Source of the DNA: Raillietiella orientalis
Taxonomy: Eukaryota
Assembly: GCA_036172245.1 (NCBI GenBank)
Contig: JAYWIR010000032.1
Location: forward strand, 2,666,001-2,703,776
Length of the DNA stretch: 37,776 nt
Reading direction: 5' to 3'
Shown here: positions 35,848-37,776 of the stretch, piece by piece
How the letters are laid out: every line of letters begins with the position of its first letter
Position numbering within the stretch: position 1 is the stretch's first letter
Program-made: the position numbers and the translations under genes
Notes under the pieces: generated by a model
Seen by the model: only the letters and a program-made list of their open reading frames with translations
Database searches by the model: none
What the model was told of the DNA's origin: nothing

Positions 35848-37240
35848 GGGCGGACGTGTTTTCTCGGTGCTCCTCGTGCCAGGAAGTCTCCCCCAGTGCA
35901 AGCGTCGTGTGGTTCGGTGGTCGATCAGGCAGCGATGCCTGACGCGATAACCAGGGATGGCCAGGGGGCAGCGGCAACGCCGCCCCCAGAGGCGATGGAG
36001 AGCCAGGGGGCGGCGGCAACGTGGCTCCCAGAGGCGATGGAGGTGGGGGCATCCGCCCCCACATAATCGGTCTCCGCTGCAGCGCGGGCGTGGAGCGCCG
36101 TTGTGTCGGCGCCATCGCCAGCAGCCGCGGCGGAATTGTCGGCCTATGTAGAGAAGGGGTACAACCCCTCATTGTTCTACGAGGTAGGCAATTTATATTC
36201 TTTAGAGAGCGCGCGCGACTTCTCGAAGGGCATGCGCGCTCTCGATGTGAAAGAGGAGGAGCTCAGCGCTATGACCATCCGCAGCGGGAGTCAGTACGTT
36301 GAGGTCATCTGCAAACAAGCAGAGCTGGCCCAACGACTGCTTAAAACCCCCGTGGTGAAGGGGACGCGCAGGCTCCTCCCTATTACGGCGGACCGCAGCA
36401 TGGTGGTCCACCTGTTAGGTGTTACCGCGCGGATGCGCAAGGAACAGGTTCGCGCCGCGTTGGAGGAATACGGAACGGTCCACGCGCAGTGGACGAAAGT
36501 TAGTCCTTTCGAGGACTACACAAAACTGCAACACGCCCTCACTTCTGCGCGCGTGACCGTTCGGGAGGGCTGCACTCTTCCCCACAAACTGGTGGTCGAA
36601 GGCGAAACCGTCGACCTCTGGTATGTGGGGAAGCCGAAATACTGCGGCTTCTGCAATACGTCGGGCCACCTCAAAAAGAGGTGTCCCAACGTGCAGTGCC
36701 AAGTATGCGGCACAATGGGTCACACGAGGGAGGTGTGCCCAAAAGCAGCAGTGCGGGTGGTTTCCAAGAGAAACCTTAAAAAACGCGCCCGGCTTCTGCA
36801 GAAAAGGCTGGCGGCGAAAGCTGCCGCGAAGGCTGTGCCACCCGCGCCCAAGACCCAGACCGCATCCGAGACCCCACGAAAAACGCCGAAAAAGTTGAGG
36901 GAGCCGGCCAGGAGACTGGGTGGCAAGTGGCAACGGCCAAAAAATCAAAGAAGGCGAGGAGGATGGAAAAGAAAATCGCCTACCAACAGAAGAAGAAAGA
37001 GCAGGGTAGCGCGATAATTAAAGAGTGCAGCGTCGTTGTCGAACGCGTTCTCGATGTTGCCAAACGCTGCCTGAAAGAACTCGCCGCTACCGACGACCTC
37101 CCCTCTGTTGACTCTGTCAACAGCGAGGGGAGCGAGCCGGCGGCGGCGTCCGTCATCGACACCACCATCGATGACGTAGCCTTCGCGCGAGCCGCGGAGG
37201 AGCTGGCAGCCTCGTTGCAGCCAGCCCCCTCCAGGCCAGT
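35848..37240 (+). mobile_element. Element K: 5' end and ORF1 (ATG 35935; TAA at 36064; frameshift near 36920), cut off by element L
   Basis: GGACGTGTTT at 35852; CGFCNTSGHLKKRC, CQVCGTMGHTREVC; 2 x 42-bp repeat near 35962-36045. Confidence 0.9.
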
Positions 37241-37241
37241 A

Positions 37242-37776
37242 GGAGGACGTGTTTTTCCTTCACTCCTCAAAGGGTAGTAGGAAAGCGCTTTCGTGTGTGT
37301 ATTGTTTTGTGTACATCGTCGGTGTCCAATGGCCACGACGCCAGAGGACACCGCGATGGAGGTGGGAGTGGGGGAGGCTAGTTCGCCCCCACAGCCTACT
37401 GGAGCAGGGGCAGCCGCCCCGGAATCATCCCCGGCCACGCCGAGGACAGGGAGCGCCATGGTGGCCGCGCCCAGCGCAGAAGCCATGGCGGAGATGGCCG
37501 CATACAAGGCCTCCGGGTACAAGCCATCGCTTGTCTACCAGGTAGGCAACTTGTTCGCCGGCCGGACAGCGCGCGCCTTCAGCAAAGCGTTGAAGGACGC
37601 GAATGTTACAGAGAAGGATCTGGACGGCCTCTCCGTCCTCAGCGGCGGGCAGCGGGTCGAGGTGGTCTGCAAAGATGTCACCTTGGCTCACCGCCTAATC
37701 CATGCGCCGCTAAACGTAGACGGCCGCAAGATCCTGCCAGTATCAATGGACCGCTCCGTGGTGGTCCACATGACTG
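37242..37776 (+). mobile_element. Element L: 5' end and ORF1 start (ATG 37329), open to the window edge
   Basis: GGACGTGTTT at 37245; MATTPEDTAMEVG...YKPSLVYQVGNLF aligns with G ORF1. Confidence 0.9.

Noticed and set aside
1..37776. Telomeric or centromeric array; naming the host organism
   Set aside because: No telomeric repeats or satellite seen, gene-like intervals are present, and nothing here identifies the taxon

Overview
Eukaryotic, GC-rich genomic DNA. About 75% of it is decayed non-LTR retrotransposons of the L1/Tx1 (APE-endonuclease) type, with roughly 18 pieces from at least two families. ORF1 is Gag-like with CCHC knuckles. ORF2 is APE endonuclease + YADD reverse transcriptase + C-terminal Cys/His finger. 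No copy is intact. The copies sit inside one another. In 1-14.2 kb there is a Russian-doll nest with alternating strands, D(+) > C(-) > B(+) > A(-); the two inner insertions have recognisable target-site duplications, and the interrupted reading frames rejoin in frame. Further nests occupy 19.7-31.1 kb and 33.8 kb to the end. The TE-free intervals (14.2-19.6 kb and 31.1-33.8 kb) look like intron-rich host genes of unknown function. The main family (B-like) has a conserved 5' terminus (GGACGTGTTT), a hairpin over the ORF1 start codon, and a 27-nt 3' terminus (AATAAA + hairpin + GTGA-N-AA) with almost no poly(A). In both families the endonuclease is 17-21 aa shorter than human L1 EN at the position of the target-reading beta-hairpin. 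Element letters are my own labels. All alignments were done by eye, so junction coordinates without a TSD are approximate.
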